Shown one piece after another: positions 10,803-31,273 of a DNA stretch of 64,000 nucleotides. Under the pieces are notes generated by a model, which saw only the letters and a list, made by a program, of their open reading frames with translations, did not search any database and was not told the DNA's origin. This DNA is from Zygnema circumcarinatum SAG 698-1b. Its lineage: Eukaryota; Plantae; Zygnematophyceae. A program made the position numbers and the translations under genes. Numbering within the stretch: the first letter of the stretch is position 1; each line of letters opens with the position of its first letter. Location of the stretch: contig CM074816.1 of assembly GCA_037447605.1 (NCBI GenBank), positions 1,702,525-1,766,524 on the forward strand. Direction: 5' to 3'.

Positions 10803-13800
10803 TGAGAGAGAAGAGAGAGAGAGAGAGCGAGAGAGAGAGAGAGGAGAGAGGAGAGAGGAGAGAGAGAGGCGGGAAGGGTATAGAGTGTTTGTTGAGTTTG
10901 AGGCCCTCTCAACATATATAAGCAAAACAATATGATAAAAAACAATCTCCTTTGAATTACAAGAGGCCGCAAAAAAACCGCACCTTACTGAGGCATCCTG
11001 CAATGATCACATCGGCCAATCGCGGCCACAGGATCCGTCCGAGCTGGCGCATCCGACGGTCCTCGTTTGCCGCAAGATGATAGCGCAGAAACCGAACGAC
11101 TTCCAAAATTTTGGGATACACGACAGCTGGCGTCACCTCCTCCTCCGGATGGCCCTGGGCTTACCACCGCCGTTTGAGAGTGAGAGGGAGGAGAGAGAGG
11201 GAGGGGGGGAGGAGAGGGAGGGGAGAGAGAGAGGGGAGGGGGGAGAGGGAGGGGGGAGAGAGAGGGAGGGGGAGAGGAGGGAGGGGGGGGAGAGAGAGGG
11301 GGAGAGAGGGAGGGAGAGAGGGAGGGGGAGAGAGAGTGGAGGGGGAGAGAGAGGGAGGGGAGAGAGAGAGGGAGACAGAGAGGGAGGGGGAGAGAGAGAG
11401 GGAGGGGAGAGAGAGAGAGGGAGGGGAGAGAGAGGGAGACAGAGAGGGGAGGGGAGAGAGAGGAGGGAGGGGAGAGAGAGAGAGAGAGGGAAGGGGGAGA
11501 GAGAGGGAGGGTGGAGAGAGAGGGAGAGAGAGAGGAGAGAGAGAGGGAGGAGGGAGAGAGAGAGGAGAGAGAGAGGAAAGAGAGAGGGAAGGGAGAGGGA
11601 GAGGGAGGGGGAGAGAGAGGAGGGAAGGGAGAGGGAGGGGGAGAGAGAAAGGAGGGGGAGAGAGAGAGGAGGGAGAGAGAGGAGGGAGAGAGATAGAGGG
11701 GAGGGGGAGAGAGAGGGAGGGGGAGAGAGTGGGAGGAGGAGAGAGAGGGAGGGGGGAGAGAGGGGAGGGGGAGAGTGAGGGAGGGGGGTGAGAGAGAGGG
11801 AGGGGAAGCGAGAGGGAGGGAGAGAGATAGAGGGAGGGGGAGAGAGAGGGAGGGGGGGAGAGTGGCAGGGGGAGAGAGAGGGAGGGGGAGAGAGAGGGAG
11901 GGGAGAGAGAGAGAGGGAGGGGAAGCGAGAGGGAGGGGAAGCGAGATAGAGGGAGGGGGAGAGAGAGGGAGGGGGAGAGAGTGGGAGGGGGAGAGAGAGG
12001 GAGGGGGAGAGAGGGAGGGGAGAGAGGGAGGGGGGAGAGAGGGAGAGGGAGAGAGAGAGGGAGGGGGGAGAGGAGGGGGAGAGAGGAGGGAGGGGGGGGA
12101 GAGAGGGAGGAGAGAGAGAGGAGGGGGAGAGAGATAGGGAGGGGAAGAGAGGGGAGGGAGAGAGGAGGGGAGAGAGAGAGGGAGGGCGAGAGAGAGAGGG
12201 AGGGGGAGAGAGAGGAGACAGAGAGGGAGGGGGGAGAGAGAGAGGGAGGGGGAGAGAGAGAGGGAGGGGGAGAGAGAGGGAGGGGGAGAGTTAGGAGGGA
12301 GAGAGAGAGGGAGGGGGGGGAGAGAGAGGGAGGGGGAGACGGGGAGGGAGGGAGAGAGGGAGGGAGGGGGGAGAGAGAGAGGGAGGGGGAGAGAGAAAGG
12401 AGGGGGGAGAGAGGAGGGAGGGGGAGAGAGAGGGAGAGAGAGAGGGAGGGGAGAGAGAGAGGGAGGGGGGAGAGAGAGAGGGAGGGGGAGAGACGGGGAG
12501 GGAGAGAGAGGGAGGGAGGGGGGAGAGAGAGAGGGAGGGTGAGAGTGAGAGGGAGGGGAGAGGGAGAGGGAGGGGGGAGAGAGTGGGAGGGGGAGAGACG
12601 GGGAGGGAGAGAGAGGGAGGGAGGGGGGAGAGAGAGAGGAGAGAGAGAGGAAAGAGAGAGGGAGGGAGGGAGGGGGAGAGGGAGGGGGAGAGAGGGAGGG
12701 AAGGGAGAGGGAGGGGAGAGAAAGGAGGGGGGAGAGGAGAGAGGGAGAGGAGAGAGAGGAGGAGAGAGAGGAGGGGGGGAGAGAGAGAGGGAAGGGGAGA
12801 GAGAGGGAGAGAGAGGGAGGGGGAGAGAGAGGGAGGGGGGGGAGAGAGAGAGGGAGGGGGAGAGGGAGGAGAGAGATAGAGGGAGGGGGAGAGAGAGGGA
12901 GGGGAGAGAGTGGGAGGGGGAGAGATAGAGGGAGGGGGAGAGAGAGGGAGGGGGAGAGAGTGGGAGGGGGGGAGATAGAGAGGGAGTGGAAGCTAGAGGG
13001 AGGGAGAGAGATAGGAGGGAGGGGAGGAGAGAGGGAGGGGGAGAGAGGGAGGGGAGGAGGAGAGAGAGGGAGGAGGAGGAGAGGAGGGGGAGAGAGAGGG
13101 AGGGAGGGAAGGAGAGGGAGGGAGAGGGAGGGAGGGAGAGAGATAGAGGGAGGGGGAGAGAGCGCGTCGCGTAGCTGTAGTGTTTGGTAAAGTTAAAGAA
13201 GGCGGAGTCACCTCATTGCGGTGATTGGAGGTGCATCTCAAACACGCCACGTTGCGCTCGACGGCGCCACCTATCACCTTGTGATTGGCGTGCTTCGGAT
13301 CTTCCTCGAGGACCACAATTGTAAGGTTTGAAAACTTTAAAATCGGAACAAATATCACGCGAAAAAGCGTGTCCGACAGTTTGGCCAGCCGAGCGTCCAA
13401 CATATTTAGACTCTGCACAGCCCCAAAAAAGGGGGAAGATCAACATGTGGATCTACTGATTCCACTTACTGAATCCACTAACTGAATCCACTTACTGATT
13501 CCACTTACTGGTGGCATATAGTTCAATGAGAATTTAAAAACAAAAACATCACCCGTTAATAAAAAGAGCTACCTGCAGTTCTGAGCGAAAACGGTTTGAT
13601 AAGTGTGAGGATAAAAAGCTATGAATCATTAAAAGAATTAATAGGATATATTTGTAAAATAAATAGCAAATTTAAAATGCTGTCTCACCCGGCATCCCCC
13701 GAGAGTGATGGCTATGTTCGCTGACCTCCATGGCATTCAACACCTCCGACATGGAAACCTCCGTTGGCGCCGTTCCGTTGGAGCTGGAGGGGCTGACAGC

Positions 13801-14744
13801 TGGCACCTTGCTGGCCGCTCGGATCTCGTGACGCTTCGGGTCAACGGCCAGGATCAGTCCGAACAGTGTGTCCAGAACGGCTTGGAGCTGGAAAAAAAAA
13901 AAAATCAAATCATCATTTTTGAAAACATAATATTAAACTAAAAATATATATATATATGTACATACATATATATATGCTCTTTCTCTCTTTTGGTGCAAAG
14001 GGAAAAAAGTATTCCTGTCTTCACCTTACTCTCTCTTGCTCGACACTCGTTCTGCAAAACCGCGACAACTTTCACCGTCCTCCCTCCCTCCTCTCTCTCC
14101 TCACCCTCCCTCCCATCTCCTCCCAACGCCTCCCGCAGCTCCCTAACCCTAATCGCCGCCTCCCTCAGCTCCCCTCTTCCCACCGCCCGGTCCACTTCCC
14201 GCAGCCTCTCCCACACCTCTACCACCTCTCTCACCACTCTCACTCGCTTCTCATTCTCCTCCAACCCTTCCTTTACATCCTTCAGACTCCTCGCCTTGTC
14301 CATGATCGCCTCCTCCACCCCCTCCCTCTCCCTCTCCCTCTCCCTTCCATCCTCTCCTTCTCTCCCTCTCTCTCCCACTCTCTCCCTCCCTTCCGCTCCC
14401 TCTCTCGCTCCCTCCCCTCCTCCCTCGTCACTGCGCAGCGTGCCGAGCGCACGGGCTACATCATCGTGCACACTGGCAACATCACTGACGATGATGCAAG
14501 CCGACTGGACGAGTGACGCGAGGTCGCCATGGCGGGCGGATATGGCGCTCCGAACCTTCTCCCTCGCCTCCTCGGAACGAAGACGGAGGCGTTCCATGCA
14601 CATGTGAACTTCCGCCATGGATAGGGGAGATGAAGCTTCTAGGAAGCTTCCGGGAACTCCCCCCGAAGGCTCCCCTACCAGGAGGTCCTTCAGGGAGGCC
14701 GCCATCGCCGCGGCTCCGCGTTGCGGGGCGGCGGCAGCCGCCAT
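3584..14744 (-). CDS. ZW10: Centromere/kinetochore protein ZW10 homolog (Dsl1/NRZ tether subunit, MAG2-interacting protein 1)
   Basis: Exons in transcript order: 14744-14025, 13887-13726, 13412-13212, 11154-10984, 10751-10452, 10229-10125, 9757-9635, [duplicated block 8916-7414], 7066-6974, 6722-6627, 6384-6256, 5892-5815, 5360-5202, 4811-4646, 4127-4045, 3661-3584. Phases are consistent and give 887 aa without the duplicate. Motifs EIHFANKRKQKVL, LWPRLADVII, NDCLFIAHHLL, FVDMVPLF, LLDMSLVAITDEW and LIEAIFTDTTLRRDCL match ZW10 family features. The first ATG could alternatively be at 14705. Confidence 0.93.
3725..4030. repeat. Degenerate TTTAGGG-like heptamer array in the last ZW10 intron
   Basis: Dense TTAGGGT/TTAAGGT/TGAAGGT/TCAGGGT 7-mer variants. 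Confidence 0.8.
4935..5233 (-). repeat. Three tandem copies of an exon-end plus 5' splice site unit (about 45 bp) in a ZW10 intron
   Basis: Sense-strand unit TTCAGGACATTTC(C/G)G(T/A)AGAAGAAACT...AG|GTAACTTTAAGAGGGGAGAGAGAC occurs at about 5189-5233 (true exon end), 5075-5120 and 4952-4997. Confidence 0.85.
5361..5814 (-). other. GC-AG intron in ZW10
   Basis: The exon ends ...AAG CAG followed by GCAAGG, the typical AG|GCAAG context of GC donors. No in-frame GT donor is nearby, and joining to 5360 gives ALKQ|AVFHVERL in phase 0. Confidence 0.7.
5540..5800. repeat. Telomere-like heptamer array with a 35-bp higher-order unit
   Basis: CCCTGAA-CCCTGAA-CCTTGAA-CCCTAGA-CCCTAAG repeated about three times at about 5680-5800 within a broader AACCCT-rich tract. 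Confidence 0.8.
6073..6248. repeat. Intronic minisatellite built on AGTGGATC(C)CTA
   Basis: About 12-14 imperfect copies of a 12-15-bp unit with a GTGGAT core. Related GTGGATC/ATCCAC units occur at 6405-6480 and 13447-13510. Confidence 0.75.
7414..8916 (-). other. Tandemly duplicated ZW10 exon block: three intact exons (8524-8225, 8002-7898, 7536-7414) plus one corrupted exon copy (8916-8754)
   Basis: Exons and introns at about 7370-8750 recur almost letter-for-letter at about 9590-10980 (offset about 2.22 kb). The copy of exon 11154-10984 at 8916-8754 is 163 rather than 171 nt and contains an in-frame stop. Confidence 0.9.
11170..13165. repeat. About 2-kb GA-rich (CT-rich on the ZW10 sense strand) low-complexity intronic tract
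   Basis: Almost exclusively G and A; fills ZW10 intron 3. Confidence 0.95.
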
Positions 14745-15058
14745 AGCGGGCTCGATGCACCGGAGGAAGGGCAAGGTTAGGGCTAGGGTCAGGGTAAGGG
14801 TTAGAGTTAGGGTTTCTATGCGGCTGTTTGGCTCGATCAACCGCGTGGTTCCTAGATGCATACGTCATGCAGCGTCAGCATACGTCAGTACACGTCAGAA
14901 TATGTCAGCAGCAGCTTTGGCTGGCCTTGCATGCCATGCCTCACCGACGATCATGGCGTCATTAAAAAACCTGGTTTGTACAACCATGACGTACAATATC
15001 TTACTGTGTTTTTTTCATACTTTTGGCCATCCTCAGCACGTACAGGCCGTCAAGCCGA

Positions 15059-15613
15059 CCAACCAGTGGCCATCGACCACTACGGGCGCTTGGGCAATAG
15101 GGCGGTAGATTTGTCGTTTAGGACGGTGTTGAAATATCCCTATATCGCCGGCGTATCGGCCTTACAGGACAGACGTCGCCGGCGTTGCCTCTGCCGGTCA
15201 GCCGAGCGGCGGAAGTTGTACGGAATAGATGGAGTCAGACCTTGACCATCGATTACGAAATTCCCGAATTCCTTATACTAAAAGTCACTTCTTTCGTGTA
15301 CGAATTCCGGGACGGGATCCGCGACTCCGCCGAGCCCAGCCGTATCAAAATACGTACCTAGCCAATGCTTAATTCGCCCGACAGGCTTACGAAATTTATT
15401 TGGCGATGGTCAAGGTCTGACTCCCCCTAATAATAGAGTACTGTACAGTACTGTACTGTACCGGCAACCGGCAACTTCTGTCCGTCACATCCGATGTGTC
15501 GGCAATATCCCGATATTTTAACCTCTACCAAAACGACATACTGCCGCCCTATCCTGCAAGCATACCATTGCTGCCCGGAAATTTGGCCGAGTATGTCAGT
15601 GGCTCCTGATTGG
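15059..15613. mobile_element. Fold-back / MITE-like inverted repeat in the ZW10 - C2/GRAM divergent promoter
   Basis: Perfect 21-bp inverted repeat GGAGTCAGACCTTGACCATCG (15231-15251 / 15404-15424), nested in diverged outer arms (about 15059-15200 vs 15455-15613). No TSD found. Confidence 0.6.
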
Positions 15614-16394
15614 TCAGGTGACTTCATGCTGTCGTCATTACATTTTTCCGCCTTGTCTGTTTCGCGGTGCGTCCATCCTTCCACGTGGCAACCACTATAA
15701 CGAGCTTGAGCCAATAGGACACTGTCACTTGTGGGAAAGTTCTACACGTGACCTGTCCTAAGTGGTTGAAGTTCGAGCTTTCCTGTTTGGTAAGGAGGAA
15801 GGCCCTTCGAATCTCCTGCAACGCAGCAAGCTTCTTCTTCCTCTCTCTCTTTCTCTCTTTCTCTCTCCCCCGTTATTTCTCTATCCCTCTCTCAAAACTC
15901 TGCCTCAATTTTTTAGGGTTAACTGATGGCGCCTCCTTGCAGCGCTGCGAAGTGCTCCATCCTGATCGAGCTCAGGATGGATGACTTCTGTTGACGCTCG
16001 TTTTGGTACTTTTTTCTTACTAGATGCAAAAATGTACAGACTTCTTTCTATAACTGCTGCGGAAAATATTGACGAGCATTGCCTACCTTCTTTTCAGGCG
16101 GCTTGAGTTTCACATACTTGGTGCATGCGTGCGCATCAGTTGGCCTGTTCCCTCGATAGCCTCCTTGCAGAGGGTGCAGGCCTGCCTGTCTGCATGTGCT
16201 CTGCTACAGGCTTATTGATTTTCCCTTAATCTTAGGGATTTTCCATCCTAAATATGCGACTTTTTGACGTTCCCTATTTGTTCTATTGTATAATATCATT
16301 TATCAGGCGGTGTTTGTAAGGGAATAATGATACATCATTAGCATCAACAACATCATCATCATCATCATCATCACCATCCATCCATCGCTACATC

Positions 16395-25610
<9,216 letters not shown>

Positions 25611-25805
25611 ACCTGAACCCTAAACCCTACACCTTAGACCCTAAACTCTGAACCCTAGATCATAACCCTAGACCCTAGACCCTAGACCCTAGACCCTAGA
25701 CCCTAGACCCTAGACCCTAGACCCTAGACCCTAGACCCTAGACCCTAAACCCTAAAGCCTAAAGCCTAGATGTAAACCTTACACCTTAGACCCTAGACCA
25801 GTAGA
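25611..25805. repeat. Telomere-like heptamer array (CCCTAGA)n directly after the C2/GRAM stop codon
   Basis: About 10 perfect CCCTAGA units at about 25665-25745, flanked by CCCTAAA/CCCTGAA variants. Confidence 0.85.
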
Positions 25806-27079
25806 CCTTTGAAATAGCAAAAAAACCTTTAAACCTTGGAAGTAGCAAAGAGCTGGGTTTTTGTTTTACCCCACAAACCCAAAAACCTTTCTTCATTAGC
25901 TGATGAGGTCATATGGTCGGGTTCTAGAGGTAAAGTTTGCAGGTTTGCGGAAGTGGAAGAAGACTCTTGACAAGCTAAATTATGTACGGACGGGATTAAA
26001 CTTTCCAGGTTTCGTTTGAGGATGTGGAACTTGGGATCACTTGTAAAAAATAAATATTTCAGAATTCGGCTGTGGGTGTTGTGCCTTTTGTGGGTCTCTC
26101 TTTTTTTTTTCCCCCTAAATAGGCAAGTTAAAAAAACTTCAACCTAACTGTCGCTGAACTGGCTGAGGGCTAATAGCTTGCTTTTGGCCAATCCGATCCC
26201 GCCACGTGGCAGCTGTTGCAAAACGGTGAGGCATTCCATGTTGTGCAGTTGCTCCACTGTTCCGCTCCGTTCTGCCTAATCCGTTCAATCCGTTGAGAGA
26301 GGGCGGGGGAGGGAGACGGAGGAGATGGGGAGGGAGACAGAGGGGGAAGGGAGACGGAGGGGGGGCGGGGGGGGGAAGAGGAGGAGAGAGACAGAGGGGG
26401 GAGAGGGGGAGGGAGACAGGGGGGGGGAGGGGAAGGGAGATAAGAGGGGGGGGGAGAGCGGGAGGGAGTCAGACGGAAAGGGGGGGGGGGGGTGAGACAG
26501 AGGGANNNNNNNNNNGGGGGGGGGGGGTGAGACAGAGGGAGGGGTGAGGGGGGTGGAGACAGAGGGGGGGGGAGAGCGGGAGGGAGACAGGCGGGGGAGA
26601 GCGGGAGGGACTCAGACGGGGGGGGGGGGGAAGGGAGACAGAGGGAGGGGTGAGGGGGATGGAGACAGAGGGGGGAAAGAGCGGGAGGGAGACAAGGGGG
26701 GGGGAGGGAGCGGGATCTTTCGCACTTCTAGTTCTGTTCCGTTCTGTCCATTCCGTTCCATTCCGTTTTTTCCCATTTTTTGAGGTGGAAAACGAGGATT
26801 CTGGGGCTCCTAGACTTTAAGATGGGCTTTTAGGTTTGCCAGAAGTTTTAGGGCTCTTTGGGTTTCAGAGAGAACGAGAGAGAGTGTGATGGAGAGAAAA
26901 AGCGAGAGAGAGGGAATGTATGGACTCAAAATGTGGCCATTCGGACGAGCTCTGCTCTTCTAATGCATTAATAAAAAAATGTTGCGAGGGCTCAAATTCA
27001 CCGCCTACTCACACCCCATGTGTGTGTCCCTACCAACCCTAAAACCCTAAAACCCTAAAACCCTAAACCCTACAAAGCC

Positions 27080-29549
27080 CTACTTCCCGGTCACGTTAAG
27101 TTTCACAACCGCGACGACTTCCGGATGCAGCCTGATAGTGACGTCATAGAATCCAATTTCCTTGATCTCAGGAAGCTCAATGTCCTTCTTCTCAACGTCC
27201 CTGCAAATGAAATAAAACAAAAAAAAGGGAACCGAGGAAGGAATAAAGAAATAATGAAAAAAAATAAATGAATAAAAAACAATGACAAATGTTTGTTATG
27301 TTCAAATTCCCTCAGCAGAAGCTTCCTGGAAGATGCCAGTATAGATCGCCAAGCAAAGTGATTGCTTTACAGCAGAACTTCTGCATTTTCATACACTCTA
27401 TGATACTCTCTTTCTCAACTATTTCACTCTTTTTTTGTTTTTCCCAAGTGCGAAAGTCGTAGAGTTTTAGGTTGAAATTAGGGTTTTGAGGGTTTTTGGG
27501 TTGAAAAACAGGAATGCTTAAATACCTGTTTGTTTGCGCCTTAATGATGTCGACCACATCCTGAACTGACACTCTGTTCCCACATCCAGCGAAAAAAATG
27601 AGACTTGACCAGTTTTAGATGGGAACTGGTTGCTTGAGACTTAGATTGGTTTCTAGCGATAAACTAAGTGTAGGTTTCTTAAGGACAAGGCCGGAGTCCT
27701 TTAGATAGCTTTACACTGCAAAAAGGTACACATCTAGAAAGTGCTTACCTGCGAGGGAAAAAGGGGGGGAGTGCGAGAGAAAGAAAGAGAGATAGAGAGA
27801 GAGAGGGAGAAAGAGGGAGAAGGGGGGTAGCGAACACAAGAATGCAGCAGTGCGACTAGCTGCCCAACACAACACTTTAGGGGCTTTTAGGGTTAAATCT
27901 TACGATCCAAAAATGCCCTTCCCCTTCGCCACCTTCCTCCGAACCACAAACTGCCCAATGGTTTGAAACTTCCGAGCAACCGACTCCGCCTCCTCCTTGA
28001 TCTGTAAAGGCCCGCCAATGGATAAAATTTCCATTGTAAAAACAAAGAATGATAATTACTAACATAAAAGGGCCGCTCACAAGCTAATGACCCGTAGAAG
28101 TAATACTATGAAGCGCTGAAGACTCCGCAATCGCCATTGTACTTTTTGAAGAGATTCCAAACCCTGCAAGATATTCTCGAACACGAAAGAAGGTTTACCT
28201 TCTTTAGATCGAGCTCCTTCCTATCTTGCTCAAGTTTGATTTGCCTGCATCACCGTAGACATTGCCAACATCACGATCAGCATGGTCAACATCGGGAGGG
28301 GAAAGGGGAGGGGGATTTAAATCAAAAAAGAGTTAGAGAGAGAGAGCACGAGATTACTTGAGAACTTTAGGAGTTGCAGGCTTGGCTTTTGAGAGAGGGT
28401 AGAGGTAGTTGCGGAAGTATCCCTTCTTCACACTGAGAAGCTCTCCCGCCTTTCCCAGCGTCGGGATGTCTTCCACGAGAATGATCTGTGCCCATCTCGC
28501 ACATGCACTGCCTGGGATTATCTTCTCAATTAATAAGGTAACAAAAGTAACAGGCATACAGTCCTTAGCATGAAATACCGACTGAGTGTAATCAGAATTG
28601 CAGTACAAAGTGCAAATCATGAACGAAGTAGTTTGCTCTTTCGATGGGGGGGGAATGCCAGGCTGCCCTCTCCCTCTCCCTCTCCCTCTTCCTCCAATCT
28701 CCCGCTCTCCATCCGTCGTCAATGCCGGCAATTCTCCTCCTTTCTCTCTCTTTCTCTTTCTCTCCCTCTCTCTCTCTCTCTTCACAACTCCCACTCCCGA
28801 CTCCTCTATCCCCTCCCCTCCCCCTCCACCCTCCACTCCCCACTCCCCTCTCCCCTCCCCCTCCTCTCTCTCTCCCTCTCTCTCTCTCTCTCCCTCACCT
28901 CCTCCGTCTCCCCCTATCCCTCCCTCCCGTATATAAAAAACCAAAAATGTCATGAAAAATGCCATGCTGCATGCATGCATGCATGGTTTACCTCCGCCCT
29001 CTTCAGGCCCTTCTTCTCCGCCGCAATGTGCAGCCGCTGAGGCTTCGCCGGAGGAGAGAGAGGGCGCGCAGACGGCTCCGCTGCTCCTTGGAAACCCTAA
29101 AGCGAAAAAAAGAAAAAAAAAAGGAAAATCAAAAGGGTGCTAACCCAACAAGAATGAGCACATTTGGGGTCACGCAATTTAAAGAAAATCACTATTTATA
29201 AAAAAAGAAAAGCGAAGAAAATTTCCTTGCAATCTGTGTCAGCCGATTAGAGAGTCGCCTTCACTGAACCAAAACCCTAAAACCCCAAACCCTAAAAAAA
29301 GGACACAAATTGGCATTTCTGATAACCTATGACATAAATTCGAAAAAATAAAAATTACGAATGAATATGAAAACCAAACAAAGCTCCAGAAATAGAGCGA
29401 AAAGCGAGTCGGAATGCACCACTAAACGCCAAAAAAAATCGTTAATTACATCAGTGCGTGAAAAGGCGGTCTTGGGTTCGAACCTTCGCTTTCCTCAAGC
29501 CCTGAAACCCCGCAAAGGTGGCCGCCGCCGCCGCTGCGCTGGCCGCCAT
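27080..29549 (-). CDS. RPL9: Plastid 50S ribosomal protein L9 (bL9c) with N-terminal transit-peptide-like region
   Basis: Exons 29549-29484, 29096-28992, 28485-28358, 28244-28199, 28001-27904, 27573-27526 and 27200-27080 join in frame (203 aa): IILVEDIPTLGKAGELLSVKKGYFRNYLYP, GKGIFGSVSVQDVVDII, LPEIKEIGFYDVTIRLHPEV. The Ala-rich N-terminus fits a transit peptide (inference). Confidence 0.93.
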
Positions 29550-30465
29550 GGCTGCCGAGCCCTGAACCCTGAACCCTAAAATGCGAAGGGAGGCGGAGGG
29601 CGGAGGGCGGAGGGCGGAGGGGCGAGAGAGAGAAAAAGTGGATAGGAAAATGAAGGGATGCATTGCATGGAACTGTTGTACGGAACGGGACGGAACGGAA
29701 CGGAACGAACGACAAGGAACGGAACATAAAACTAAGAACGAGTACCCGATGGTACTGTAAAAATTCTCTTCGTTGCGACGTACTGAATCGTATGTGGAAG
29801 CATTCTCCCAATGACAAGTCGCCACGTGCACATTTTGATGACGTGGAAAGTTCCCATTGTACCGTACAGTACATAACGTACGAGTGTACGGACGTATCCG
29901 TACGCCCTGGAGGTGACCGGTGAGCTGAGAGAGGGACTTAAGTTGTACAATGGCTTGGGGGGCCACTCTTCCTTGGAAATGATACTTCGCCCCCCTTTTT
30001 GGTTTCTCCCGCCCCATATTTTTGAAATTCCGCCTTCCCATTCTGGCTATTCCGCCCCCTGTTTTGGATATCCCGCCTCTTCCCATTTTGGATATTTACC
30101 CCCCCGTTTTCTCCTTCTCATACATCCGAGCAACGTCCGTAAAGACACATTCGCAGAGAGAGAGAGCAGATCTGAGGAGAGAGCAGAGGAGAGAGAGCAC
30201 AGGGGGGAGAGAGAGAGAGAGAGAGCAGAGGATAGATAGAGAGCAGAAGAGAGAGAAAGCAGCGGAGAGCAAGCAGAGGAAGGACTAGTGGAGAGAGAGC
30301 AGAGGAGAGAGAGCAGAGAAGAAAGAGAGTAAAGGAGAGAGAGCAAGGGAGAGAGAGACTAGAGGAGAGAGTATAGAAGAGAGAGCAGAGGAGAGAGAGC
30401 AGAAAGGGCAATTTTTCAAGCGGCTGGAAGAATTCCTCGTCTTGCTACTCTCTTCCTGACCTCTG

Positions 30466-31273
30466 TGTTAGTGTACATTAGTTAGTGGTACATAGTTAGT
30501 GAGTGCATGTGTTTGTTTGGGAGTCTAGAAGGGCTAGGCGGTAGAGCTAGGGTCGAACTAGTGTCAAGCTAGGAGTTCAGAGGTGTGCATAAAGACACCG
30601 GAGGCGCGAGTAACGAGAGGCCGTCGGAACAAGAGTCCGTACCGAATGTGAACGGCCGGCTGTGGCGACGGAGTTCGAAATGGCGCGCAGTGACGTGACG
30701 TGGCGCGGCGCGCAACTAAGGGCGCGTGACGTGGCGCGGCGCGCAACTAAAGGCGTGTGACGTGACAGACGCGAAACGAAGGCGCGTGACAGACGTGCAG
30801 GCGCAGACGCGTGGCGAAATCAGCGCTTAGTGTGTGCTAGTGCGCTCTTAGTGTGTGCTAGTGCGGGGTTGGTAGTCGCCCATGGTTGTTGCTTTGGGCG
30901 AAGTATAAGTTGAGAGGGAGAACTTTGAGACTTAACCCTGAGTGTAGACTGCGAGAAGCAGTAGGTGTAGCTTGCCGGAATGTGGTGGAGCCTCACAACT
31001 TGAGGGTGGTAGTCTTGTAGTGGAGTAGAGGTGCAGGGGAGGGGCTCTTGCTGCACGCTTGTACTTCAATCTGAAAGTTAAGAGTTTTAGGCCGTTGTGC
31101 TTTCTCTTAATTCATTTCTTTCTGTTCTGTCTTTCATTCTTTGCTTGGGGCTGTTTTAAGCTTTGTGAGTGAGATCTTGTGCTTCCGCAAAGGTGGCGTC
31201 TCCTAGTCCTAGGCGTGGAGAGATGTCCTCATCAGAGGCATCCTCCAGCAGGTCAGGGGGCACCGTTTCAACA
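30466..31273 (+). repeat. Copia 5' LTR (808 bp)
   Basis: By eye it differs from the 3' LTR by three substitutions and one 5-bp indel within a GTGAC repeat. Confidence 0.95.

Noticed and set aside
11077-13190. Several long Glu/Arg/Gly-rich plus-strand ORFs
   Set aside because: GA-repeat artefacts antisense to ZW10 intron 3.
30564-31056. Identical small ORFs repeated at 35615-36112
   Set aside because: Antisense ORFs within the two LTR copies; not genes.
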